Shown here: in pieces, positions 13,021 to 24,870 of the stretch | Position numbering within the stretch: the first letter of the stretch is position 1 | Layout of the letters: the number at the start of each line of letters is the position of its first letter | Origin: Orbicella franksi | Taxonomy: Eukaryota | Assembly: GCA_964199315.1 (NCBI GenBank) | Contig: OZ116705.1 | Span: forward strand, 29,822,001-29,886,000 | DNA: 64,000 nucleotides | Reading direction: 5' to 3' | Made by a program: the position numbers and the translations under genes | Notes under the pieces: model-generated | The model's input: only the letters and a program-made list of their open reading frames with translations | Told to the model about the DNA's origin: nothing | The model's database searches: none

Positions 13021-16000
13021 ACATTTGCCAGCCAGGATGGACTTACTTTGGTGGTTATTGCTACTTTTCAAGCCCCGCATGCGCCACATGGTTGACTGCT
13101 GAGTCAAACTGTTCTGAGATGAACTCTGATCTGGTTGCAGTGCACAACCAGGAGGAAAACGTATTTATTCAGCACCGTCATGCTGGCGATAGATCATGGA
13201 TAGGGCTGAATGACCGCAGTGTTGAAGGTTCTTTTGTGTGGACAAACAAAGAAATTAGCAGTTTTAGGTTCTGGGCTCCAAAGCAACCAAACAACTGGAA
13301 CAACGAAGACTGTGTGCACACTCTTGGCGTGAGGCATGGATACACTTGGAATGACGTGCCATGCGATAACTGCTTCAACTTTACTTGCTTTACAGGTGAT
13401 AAATCTCTTGCTTAATGCGGTTAAAATACATTGTAATCTACTAATAAAAAATAATAAACTCCCCAGAATTTCTTTCGCGCTCAAAAAGGTTCCATGATTC
13501 ATTTTTAAGATAGTTTGTTACAAACCAGTACTGTAAACATTATTCATGTATTTGATGACTCTCATTAATTTCGAAATTTAATTTTTGCAGATCTAGAGGA
13601 ATGCTCCACCAACACTCATAACTGTGACGTGAAAGCAGATTGTGTGAATACCGTGGGCTCATATTCCTGTAAGTGTAGAGCTGGATATACCGGAGATGGA
13701 CAAACTTGCAATGGTAAGAAATCTACCAACCAACCATCAAACAAACAACATATTAATGTTGATACTGAATTTAATAACAATCTCACTTTACTTTCAACAA
13801 CTATGAAATTTCTCTTGCATTGATAGGCTTAGAAAAAACTGTAACCAACTGCACTTGTGTAATAAGAAAGCTGATAGAAAAGAAGGTTTAACCCTGTAAT
13901 AACTTTATTTTTTGACAGTTTCGAAGCCTGCGCCAGTGGTTTATAACCACGGTAATGTAAATCATCCAAAAGCAAAGAATGAGTCAAAACGAGTGGAAAG
14001 TAAAATTAATCGTTTTTTTTTTTTCATTAAAATATTCTGTGCTTACCGTAAATTTTTGACGGATTGTTCTCAAGCTGTATGTTTCTTTTTCAGTATCGGT
14101 GAAATGGTCAGACTAACGATAACTCAACGTTTATCCATATTTACTCCTTTTCACCTTGTTTCAGACATAGACGAGTGCTCTTCAAACTCTCATAGTTGTG
14201 ATATGAATGGTGTTTGTAACAATACTCGTGGATCTTACACTTGCGCGTGCAAACCTGGATACTCAGGAGATGGCAAAAATTGCACTGGTAGGTTATATCT
14301 GCTTAACAAGAACTAAAAAAAATATTGCGAAATGAAATGACGCCACATGAAAATAAAGCTATACGTCTACAGTGTGGGACGAGTTTTCTTCTGCTCCTAG
14401 CTAATTTTTGCGATTTTCAAGTTGCATTTTTTTCCACGACTTTACTCCATTGTCGAAATTATACAAACATGCCTCACATGCAGAAACTTGTTGATGCCAT
14501 TTATTTAAAACGTCTCTTTCAATAAAACGATGAAATTGCTCATGGTACAAGGCAGGTGTAGCTGCTAAAACTTGACAGAAAAGGATCATCTGAAGGCACT
14601 ACCAGCCAAAGTTGGGCAGGGCGTAATTGTTCCACAGTGACTGGTTGCTTGATTACCGTGAAGGTAAAGTCTGTATACGAGCCAAGTGGGTCATGGCACC
14701 AGGCCAGAGCTTATCCTGGTTTCTGCGTAGCGAGAAGCGATTACGGATATTTCTATTCCCCCCTCTATGGGACGCTAGTCCATCGCAGAGTTAACCCCAA
14801 CATTCAGTTCGCCGGTACCCATTTAAACACCTTGGTGGAGCGAGTTAAGTGTCTTGCCCAAGAACAAAACGCGGTGTCTCCGGCAAGATGTCAAATCCGG
14901 GCCGCTCGATCCTGAGACGAGTGCATTGACCATGCATGAGTCTATCGCGCCTTACCGCGCCTTACAGCTTACCGTAAAGTGCAACAAAAAACGCAGCAAA
15001 TGCCACTTTCTGAAAATAACAAAATTTGATACCCAGCACGAAGAACCAGTCTTTCACAATCCCAAAATTAGTTCCCGCAAAAAACAAAAAATATCGCCCA
15101 TCCGAAAAATTAAACTCCCGCAAAAATGTCTCGCCACACGTAACAAATTTCTAGTATGTAAAATATATTTATGATTTTGAGTGAGCTCAGTCTCGTTTTG
15201 GATGTAACAGAAAAAAAAGAGTGTATATTTATTTTGGTTCTATTCACGGAAAAAAAAACCTCAAGGGTATAAACCAGAAATCCTAATAATGACATTTCGC
15301 ATACTTTCTTTGGACAACGGGTTCTTTTGATATGCAAACATGTTCTATTGACCGGGCACAGCAGTATGGCTATCGTGACAACGCTCTACAACAAGGATCG
15401 TTTCTCTTGAGAGGTTTTATTGATAAACATGGTAAACCTCTAATCACGACACGTGTTATCAAATTTACGATTAAGTACTACTAAAGTACTACCAACGAAA
15501 ACTCCTTACTTCGGAACATAAAACACTTTTTGCGACAAAGTACAAGATAATTTATGTCTGTTTTCTTTCTTCTTCCCTGTTCATTATTACCTACAGATAT
15601 CGATGAGTGCGTCAGCGGTGTACACGACTGCCACCGTTCAGCTTCATGTACAAACACTGTAGGATCCTACACATGTACGTGTAACCATCCTTTATCAGGA
15701 GACGGAAAAACCTGCAGGTACACCGCGGCAGGTGAGTGTTTCACGTTGATTGTGCTTCAATTCAGGTAGCAGTGGTTTAGAATTAAGTTCAACTTGTCCA
15801 CCAAATATGATGTCAACAAAACAAACAAAAACTGAGATTTCTTGGTCATTGCTTTCTTTTTTGGGATGGTTTAAACAAAACCAATTCTCCAAAACTAACT
15901 CATGAATGATGCATCTCAGCCGCCGATGTTGCAAATTCGAACCACTCAAGGAACCAATCAGAATTCTCCTTTACAATTTTGATCAGTTTGCCATATTGGA

Positions 16001-17994
16001 TGACTGTTACTGTTGCAACTAAAAGAGAACACGACTCAGTAATGTTGTTTGCTACCTTCTCGCTACTACAGACAAGCTTTTACATTAACATTAACCACAC
16101 TTAGAAAGGACAGTAATGGGGTGTAAAGCTGAAACCGCCTACGTGGACTTTAACTATTAGAAGCTTTTTCAATTCAATATTTAAAAAAGCTGTCAAATTT
16201 CGTGACATTATCTGCCGCTGGTTTTTTTATTGAGAACTCTAACGTCAGCGCTGAGCATTGGTAATGATATAACGTTTTCCTGATAAATACTATCCGAACA
16301 TTTTCCTGTTCGGGATTTTAAATCATCTATTAAGAGTATTGATCACTGCGACCCAAAATTTAGAAGGAGATACTCCAGATAAAAAAAAAATATTTTAAGT
16401 TGCCGGTGGAATATAACGACCTCATGTAAAATATCTTTCCGAACAGACAGTACATCCAGTTTAGTTAGCGTCACATTTACGGTGCAAGCAATGATGGTCA
16501 TCTTATAACTGGTGAAGATGACGGTGTTATTTATTCTTAGCAAAACCAACTTTCAAAATAGTCCACCAAAATAACTGCTAGGTACAAAATGGATCCAAAG
16601 AACGTTCTTATGTTATTTTTGCAGCGGGTCTTAAATATTCCAGTGTTGTGGGAAACAGCCAGAATTTTTTGACATGGCTGGATAAATGGTTAAAGCCTGT
16701 GACTCGCCAATCCTCTTACTGGAATCGCTGTTACCAGGCAACTGTAAATGGCTGGTCTTCCTATACCTTCCATTCAAACTGTGACGGCAAAGGTCCAACT
16801 GTCACAATCATCCGTGTTGGAAAATATATTTTTGGAGGATACACAAGTGTCTCGTGGAGTAAGTGACATGATCAATTTCATCTTATCACAGACAACCCAA
16901 GCGCAAGCTGTGAGTCAGCCATGATTATATTTCGCAGTAGCGGTCACGGAGAAATATGGGAAAAGAGTTTTAAAAAGAATTAAAAAAAGAAATATTTACA
17001 ATATGATGTGGGATAGTTAAGTGCTAGAGAAAATTATTAACAAAATGCCTTATCTTACTTCCATGGTGTATTACTTGCTGTGTTTACGTGCCTCTTTTCT
17101 GATTCGTGACGGTTTTAGAGAGATATCGGGATGGAAGAACTTTATAGGAAGCGGTACAACCGCTTCGAATCATTAAGCAAGGAAACAAAAAAGGTTAATA
17201 CCAAAGAAAGGCAAATAAGTCAATGATATTAAGAATTTTCTGGATAACTCATCGAGATCAACAGGCCGATAGAAACACTTGCATTTTTATATGGCATGGT
17301 GTTCCTGGCTAACTGAGAGCTTTAAAGTTCGATATTAATTTTATGAAATTTATAAAACAGGGCGTGGAGATCATGTTCAGTCTGGAACTGGGGCAGCTGT
17401 TCCCAGTCTCGCACCGGGCTTGCTTACCCCAGAATTGAAATTATTAAAAACTTAGGAGACAATTAACATAAAGGAACCGGAGAACTTAAGATTAACACTA
17501 CAAGAAATAATGCCGAGCTAGGAATAATAGTAAAATTTTGCGGGCCAATCAAATTAACCTTGTCGGTAATACATCGTTACTAAACTGTCCAAAGTGTCAG
17601 TAAACATCATTGATGTTGGACTTTTTTTTCCATTGTGTACTTCAAATTAGGTTACAGTTGTTCCTGGCACTACGATTCAGCAGCCTTTCTCTTCTCATTG
17701 GTTAACAAGCCTGGTTGGCAGCCACTAAAGCTGGATCAAACAGGAGCGTATAGTAATCGGAGAGGATATTCCATCTACAGCTGCTCTTCCTATGGACCAA
17801 CATTTGGAGGAGGACACGATATTCACATTGCCAACAACGCTGCATCAAACACCAACTCATACGCCTATAACCTTGGAAACACCTACAGCCCGCCACCTGG
17901 CAACAGCTATGGATCCTCCTTTGCTCAATCATTCCTGGCGGGTAGTGGCAACTTCCGACCTGACGAAGTCGAAGTCTTCTATGAAACTACCTGA
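13021..17994 (+). CDS. Paralog B, 5'-truncated 3' cassette (CTL, 3x EGF, TLDc); frames and splice sites intact but no start/signal exon
   Basis: Exons 13021-13395 (CTL), 13591-13713, 14165-14287, 15597-15731 (EGF), 16625-16858, 17651-17994 (TLDc, TGA). All have AG/GT and open frames. Expression is unknown. Confidence 0.75.
14661..14950 (-). mobile_element. Orthologous SINE copy in intron 15 of B
   Basis: Near-identical to 7201-7490 at the same intron position. Confidence 0.7.
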
Positions 17995-19014
17995 AGAAAT
18001 CGCGGAGCTTGCAGTCTTCTGCAGTCTAAATTATAGAAGCGCAATATAATCAGAAAATTTCAATATCGCCGATGATATCTCAATCAATAGGTTAGTACAA
18101 AATCGAGTAGTCACGTATCCATAGTCGAAGATAAACAGCTTACTTTGAGCGGCTTACTTGTTTGGTAATTGCCATTAAAGGATGGTTTCATGGCTCCGTG
18201 TTATAACAAGCTATAACGTTTGCCGAGCTACTGACTTCTGCGAGAACTGAATTTCCTGTCAGACTTTCCCCTCAGTCACAGTAACACGGTGATAACAGTA
18301 ATGTTTCTCATTAGAATTTCTTACTCTATGTTTTAATTAATACCTTTTTGTTTATCCACCAATCGAATAAAAGTAGATAACGTGTGTGCGTGTCCAGAGT
18401 AAGACCTTAGCCGCCGAATGAAAAAATTTAACGTTTAACTGACTAAACTGAATTCGAAGTTTTGCTTGATAAATCCGCTGACATCTTGATAAAATTTGGG
18501 CATCAGTCTTTCTGGTTTCACAAATTATAGTCTGTAGTTGCTGAACTACATGTGGCTCAGTAAAAACAATGAACAAGGTAGTAGTTTATAGTCACGCTAT
18601 GACTTGCATTGTACACGCACTGAACCGTGAAATTATCCCTTAAGAAGGAGAATCTTGATGCCGAGTTTCAATTGATTGAATTCCACGAACATCATACCAG
18701 GATAAGTTGCAAGTTACATGATTCCAGCTGGTTTTGATTTCTTATCTTATTCAAGTAAAAGGGATTTAGAAAAAGGATATTGAGAAAGTATGATAGAGTA
18801 TGCATTTTTTTGTTTTTTTTTTGTTTGTAGTAATTATGAATTGTCTTTTGAGAGTGCCAACGTAGAAAATAAATACTTGTCAGGCACACCGTTATAAAAG
18901 CTTGTAACAATAAAATAGAGCAGGGTGAAAATAACGCGTTGTTTTGTGTTTGTGTTCGTTCTTATCTAGCCGAAAAGAAATCTTTTTTATCACTGTGATT
19001 GAGAATTGTCAACG

Positions 19015-19112
19015 TCTAATTGCCTCTGCTAAACCTGCCTTTAGGGAAATCATGGTAGTCGTATCTAATTGCCTCTGTGAAAGCCGCCTTTAGGGAAATC
19101 GTAGTAGTTGTA
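19015..19112. repeat. 49-bp tandem duplication, B-specific
   Basis: TCTAATTGCCTCTG...CCTTTAGGGAAATC..GGTAGT.GTA occurs twice; single copy downstream of A and C. Confidence 0.8.
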
Positions 19113-20064
19113 TTTAAAGTTTGCAATGAAGTCTTGAACTTGTTTCGGTACAACATATGGAAACAACTCTTCAGACGGTGATCAGAGTGATCACCGTGCC
19201 AACAATCGCTGAGATAGACCTCAATTCTATCTCAGCGATCGTAGCGCGACGGTTGACAATGTAATTTATCACCAAGTGTTCTTAACTTTTATGGCAAGTA
19301 AAAGTTTAAAACTTTCTTTTATTTTAAATTTTGCATCAAAACTTGCTTACAACTTAACAACGATTTCAAATTGACTCGTTTTGCTCTCGACGTCGTGCGT
19401 CAGAAATTTAAAGCCGTTAACAAATGAAAGTGATGTTAACAACTACCACAAAAGGCTTTTCTTGGAGTCATGACACTCAACTTTGGACACTGTCGCCTTC
19501 CACGGGAGGAGACCGCTCGTACGAGCTTACTTGCCGTCGATTTAAAAAAAAAACAACAACAACAACAATAAAACGATCGACAGCAAGCGGGGTTATAGCA
19601 CGAGCAATGACGAACAGAAGACAACGAAAATTCAGTAAAGAAAAACAACCGGATCTTATTACAAAAGATCTTGGAGAAATATAAATAGCCTGCTTGAACA
19701 GTTCGCCCGGCAGGAAGTCGTGAGAAGAACTGCCTTAGCTTACCGGGAAATGCTCGAAGATTCTCTTTGCCCATTTAATAACAGTTCAAAATTCAATTGA
19801 GACATAATAACCAAAAGCCTTCTGGTTCGGTCTATGCTTTATCATATCGCTGAACACGCGTTACAGGGAGCAAGTGATTTCTCTAGTAAGTCGATCCCTT
19901 GTCACTTTATTATCGAGGTTTCAATCAAGTTAAAAATTACATGTGTTCGTAAGCTAAACAACTCCTTAAACTATGCAGTCCGATGTCATAAAGTGCTTTC
20001 TTTTCTTTCACTGAGCTTCGAAAATATGTGTTCTATTTCTGGCTTTTAAAATAAGTAATGTCTT

Positions 20065-23000
20065 AAAAAATGTATCTCTACCACTTCACAGCTGGAGACT
20101 GTTGTCTGCAACTGCGACTACTATTTTCATATTTTCTCAGAAAACTGTCCATAAATAGGCATTCTTAGGTCAAAGACTGCTCTGTCACAGCGTGTCTGTT
20201 ATCCTTTGGGCTGCAATAATACTAAGAGGATTTCGGATCAATTTTGGAACGTTTCAATATCTTTTCAGGGTGCCAATCTCAGAGTGATTTTACTTAACCC
20301 GTAAAACAGTTGCTACAAAATTAGATCATACTATTAGATTATAATTTCCTAGTTTTCTTGCGTTCATTTTGACTTTTTGAACTAAATATTAGCTATATTT
20401 TACGGGTTAAATAAAATCAATCTAGCAAGAAAAATGTCAAAGAATTGAATTAAAATGCGTGACGATAAAAAATGCAGCAATGCAAGCTGATTAAAGAGGC
20501 GAGCGCTCATGGCACGGGTACAAAATTTAAAGAGCTTCTACAAAGAAAAAAATACAGCCTAACCTAGAGCATGAATTTAATCATTCATGAACTGACAAAC
20601 TATAAAACTGCAAAAAAGAAGAAAATAGAAAACCATTCTTTTCTACCCCTTAAACACTTCCCCAATACTATGTTAACTAGTCCACGTGAGTACCTAGTGC
20701 ATCATCAAAATGCAACAAGCTAAGATAACCACAATTAAACACGGTGGAATTTCATCGGACACCAGCCCCAAAGTAGAGGCTTCCTGATTGTCTCAGATCC
20801 ATACAAACACTCAATCTTTAACCTTGCATAAGTTCTCTCGTCACAGCTCAATTATTTAGTGGCCCCACTGAAGGTCACCGCTTACAGAAAGTTCGCTCGC
20901 TTATTTATTTAGTTAAATCCACGCAAACTACAGTCAAAATGAAATACAACACACATCAAATGAATAAACAAACTCATAAATGATCAAATTAGCCAAGAAA
21001 TACATCAATCAATTGAAATCCATCTCCTAATGTGATGACCTGGTGTCTTGAAACAATAATTAAGAATAACCAAAGAACTTCAGAAGGTCTACGAACAGGA
21101 AGAACAACAAGCGAGTCTGATGACAGCAAAATAATGACGACTCTGACGAAAATAACCCTGTTCAGATGATTTTATCATCTATGGAAGAAAATGATAGAAG
21201 AGAACGCCTTCGCAACTTTCAAATCTCCAGTTACTTTACGAGTTTTCCTCTTTGAAAAGATAAGCTAAAATTCGACATAATTTCCTCTATAACGGGGTTG
21301 AAATTAAATTGGCATGAAGACAATTCAAAATAGAAATGAACTGAAAATTTGCTGCAAAGCGTAAATTGGAAAAGCGAAAATAAGAACGTTAATCGATCAG
21401 AATTGAAATGTGTAAAGTTTAAACTGGAAAATTTGATAAACTTAATTTTGGTTTCTTGTGAAATATACGTGGGCACCGCGGAGGACTGGGCAGAGGGGAC
21501 ATGATTAAAGAGGTGAACGCTCATGGCACGCTTCCTTACGAGTACAAAATTTAAAGAGCTTCTACAAAGAAAGAAATACGGCCTAACCTAGAGCATGAAT
21601 ATAATTATTCATGAACTGACAAACTATAAAACTGCGAGAAATAAGAAAATAGAAAACCGTTCTTTTCTACTCCCCTTAAGCACTTCCCCAATACTATGTT
21701 AAGTAGTCCACGTGAGTACCTAACGCATCATTAAAATGCAACAAGCTAACGTAACCACAATTAAACACGGTGGAATTTCATCGGATACCAGCCTGAAAGT
21801 AGAGGCCTCGTGATTGATCTATACAAACACTGAATCTTTAACCTTGCATAAGCTCTGTCGTCACAGCTCAATTGTTTAGTGGCCCCACTGAAGGTCACCG
21901 CTTACAGAAAGTTCGCTTGCATATATATTAAGTTAAATCCACGCAATATCTGGCAGAGTCAAAACTAGATTACTTTGTATTTTTAGATTTTGTTTCCTTG
22001 TTTCTGTTTGCCTGTGTCTCGTTTCTTGTACCCGTACACAAACTCCTTCCGTCTCCCCATCTTCCATTATTCTTCCCATCTTACCCTAGAGCACTCAGCT
22101 CCCAATAATGACAATATGTCACGAACATATAAACAGCCCTGCAGCCTATAGACTAAACGCGATTTTACACAGGAAGCTACAACAAAATAAGCGTACAGGA
22201 AGGCAATGGGAAATTCCGCCATCAGCTTCGAGCCAAAGTAAAAGAAACAACTATAGTCAAAATGAATAAAACACACATTAACTGAACAAACTGGCAAATG
22301 ATCAAATTAGCTAAGAAATACATCAATCAATTGAAATCCATCCCCTAATGTGATGACCTGGTGTCTTGAAAAAAATAATTAAGAACTACCGAAGAACTTA
22401 AAAAGGTCTAAGAACAGGAAGATCAACAAGCGAGTCTTTGACAGCAAACTAAATGACGACTCTGACGAAAATAACCCTTTTCAGATGATTTTATCATCTA
22501 TGGAAGAAAATGATCGAAGAGAACGCCTTCGTAACTTTCAAATCTCTAGTCACTTTACGAGTTTTCCTCTTTAAAAAGATTAGCTAGAATTCGACATAAT
22601 TTCCTCTATAACTGGGTTAAAATTAGATTGGCATGAAAACAATTCAATTCAAAATGGAAATGAACTGAAAATTTGCTGCAAAGCGTAAATTCGAAAAGTG
22701 AAAATAAAAACGTTAATCGATCAGAATTGAAATGCGTAAAGTTTAAACCGGAAAATTTGATAAACATAAATTTTGGTTTCTTGTGAAGTATACGTGGGCA
22801 CCGTGGATGACTGGGCAGAGGGGACATGGGGTAGAAAAAAAATGTATCTCTACCACTTCACAGGAGACTGCTCTATGCAACTGCGACTTCTATTTTATAT
22901 TTTCCCAGAAGACTGTCCTTAATTAAATGGGCATTCTTAGTTCAAAGACTGTTCTGTCACAACGTGTCTGTTATTCTCTCGGCCGTAATAATACCAAGTG

Positions 23001-24430
23001 GATTCAGGATCAATAAGGTGTCAATCTCAGAGTGATTTTACCTAACCCGTGGAATAGTTGCTACACAATTAGATGCTATTGAATACCAATTTCATGGTTT
23101 TCTTTTATTAGTTATGACTTTTTTGACTTACTGCTACAGTAGATGTTGTTTCATGGGTTAAATAAAATCACCCTCCTGCGGAAAAATTTTACAGAATGAT
23201 TAAAATGCGTTACCATAAAAACAAAAGGGAAAAAAGCGGATTAAAGAGGCGAGCGCTCATGGCACGCTTTCTTACTGTTACAAAATTTAAAGAACTTCCA
23301 CGTACACAAAGAAACAAAAACCACCCGACACTTACAGAATGAATTTAAGTATTCTTGAACTGAATAACTTTACAACAGCCGAGAAACAAGGAAATAGAAA
23401 ACCGTTCTCTTAAACTCCCCTCGAACAATTCAGCAAAGCCTCTCCAGCCGCAAAAAAAACACCTGATTATGTTCAGTAGTCCACGCGAGTACATAGTGCA
23501 TCACCAAAGTACAATAAGCTAAGATAACAACGACTAAACACAGTCGAATCCCATTGCATACCATAACCCGTAAGTAGACCCTTCGCGATTGTCTCAGATA
23601 CATACAAAAACACTGAATCTTTAACCTTGCATAAGCTCTCTCGTCACAGCTCAATTGTTTATTAGTGGCCCCACTGAAGGTCACCAGTTACGGAAAGTTT
23701 GATTGCATATAAATAAAGTTAGTCCACATTTCTATCAGAGTTGAAACTAGATTTTACAAAAAAGCTTTCAATGAATACAAAATACAAAATGCGTCAGAGG
23801 AAGGTAATGGCAAATTCCGCCATTAGCTTCGATCTAAATTAAAAGAAAACGAGACTCGGTCAAAATGAAAAAAAAAAAACCTAAAACCTAAAATGAACAA
23901 ACTGGCAAATCACCAAATTAGCTAAAAAAATACGTCAATCAATTGAGACCCATCTTCTAATGTAATGACCTGGCGTGTTCAAACAATAATTCAGAACAAC
24001 CGAAGAACTTAAGAAGGTCTAAGAACAGGAAGAACAAAAGCGAGTCTTAACACAGCAAAATAAATGACGACTCTGACGAAAATATCTTGCGGCCCATTTC
24101 ACATGATTTTATCATCTATACAAGAAAATGATGGAAGAGAACGCCTACGAAGCTTTCAAATCTCTTTACTTTATGAGTTTTCCTCTTTGAAAAGATAAGC
24201 TCATATCCGACATAATCCCCTCTATAACTGGGTTGAAATCAAATTTCCATGAAAACAATTCAAAATTGAAATCAACTGAAAAAGCATAAAATAGAAAGGC
24301 GAAAACCGAACAGTAATCGATCAGAATTGAAATGTGTAAAGTTCAAACTGGAAAATTTGATTAACTTAATTTTGGATTCTTGTGGAGGATAAGGGGGCAC
24401 TGCTGGAGACTGGGGAGAGGGGACATGGGG
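20065..24430. repeat. Three diverged 1.3-1.6 kb tandem units upstream of C
   Basis: Unit start AAAAAATGTATCTCTACCACTTCACAG at ~20065 and ~22835. Unit end GGGCAC..GGA.GACTGGG.AGAGGGGACATG at ~21503, ~22830 and ~24428. The middle unit is 5'-truncated (restarts ATTAAAGAGG at 21504). Confidence 0.85.
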
Positions 24431-24791
24431 TGGGGTCGGTAGTTTTCATTCACAAAGCAACAGCGATAATGATCAGTACAGTGTTATTTAAAACAATTCT
24501 TGTATTGTAAATTGATGGAAATAAACTACGCTCCTCGGATAGGAGAAGTATCGTCAATTTCTAAGGAATCCGTCTTATTTTTTTACACTGGTCATTTTCC
24601 TCTGCCTGTCATCCTCAACCCGTCACTTATATGCGTCACCCCCAAGATAACTCATTTTTGTGAACGTGCTGTTTAAAATTTGTTAATATCCTATAATTCG
24701 ACACGTCCTAACAGGTACATTCCAGTCACGCATTGCCCTTGTGATGATTATAATGTGCATGAGAGTGAAATTCCCTTTCAGTCGGAGCAAG

Positions 24792-24870
24792 ATGTCGTCT
24801 GAGCACCAATACGCGATGCACTTCTTTCTCATTGTTTTGTTGGTTTGCCTGGACGCTCCAGCCACTGAAG
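24792..24870 (+). CDS. Exon 1 of C: signal peptide
   Basis: [26 protein letters not shown](A): hydrophobic core and small-residue cleavage region, followed by G|GTATGG donor. Homolog at 42897-42975 in D. Confidence 0.8.

Noticed and set aside
20065-24430. Intergenic tandem repeats as a CRISPR-like or coding array
   Set aside because: Units are kb-sized with no short repeat-spacer structure, the short ORFs are not conserved between units, and the context is eukaryotic.
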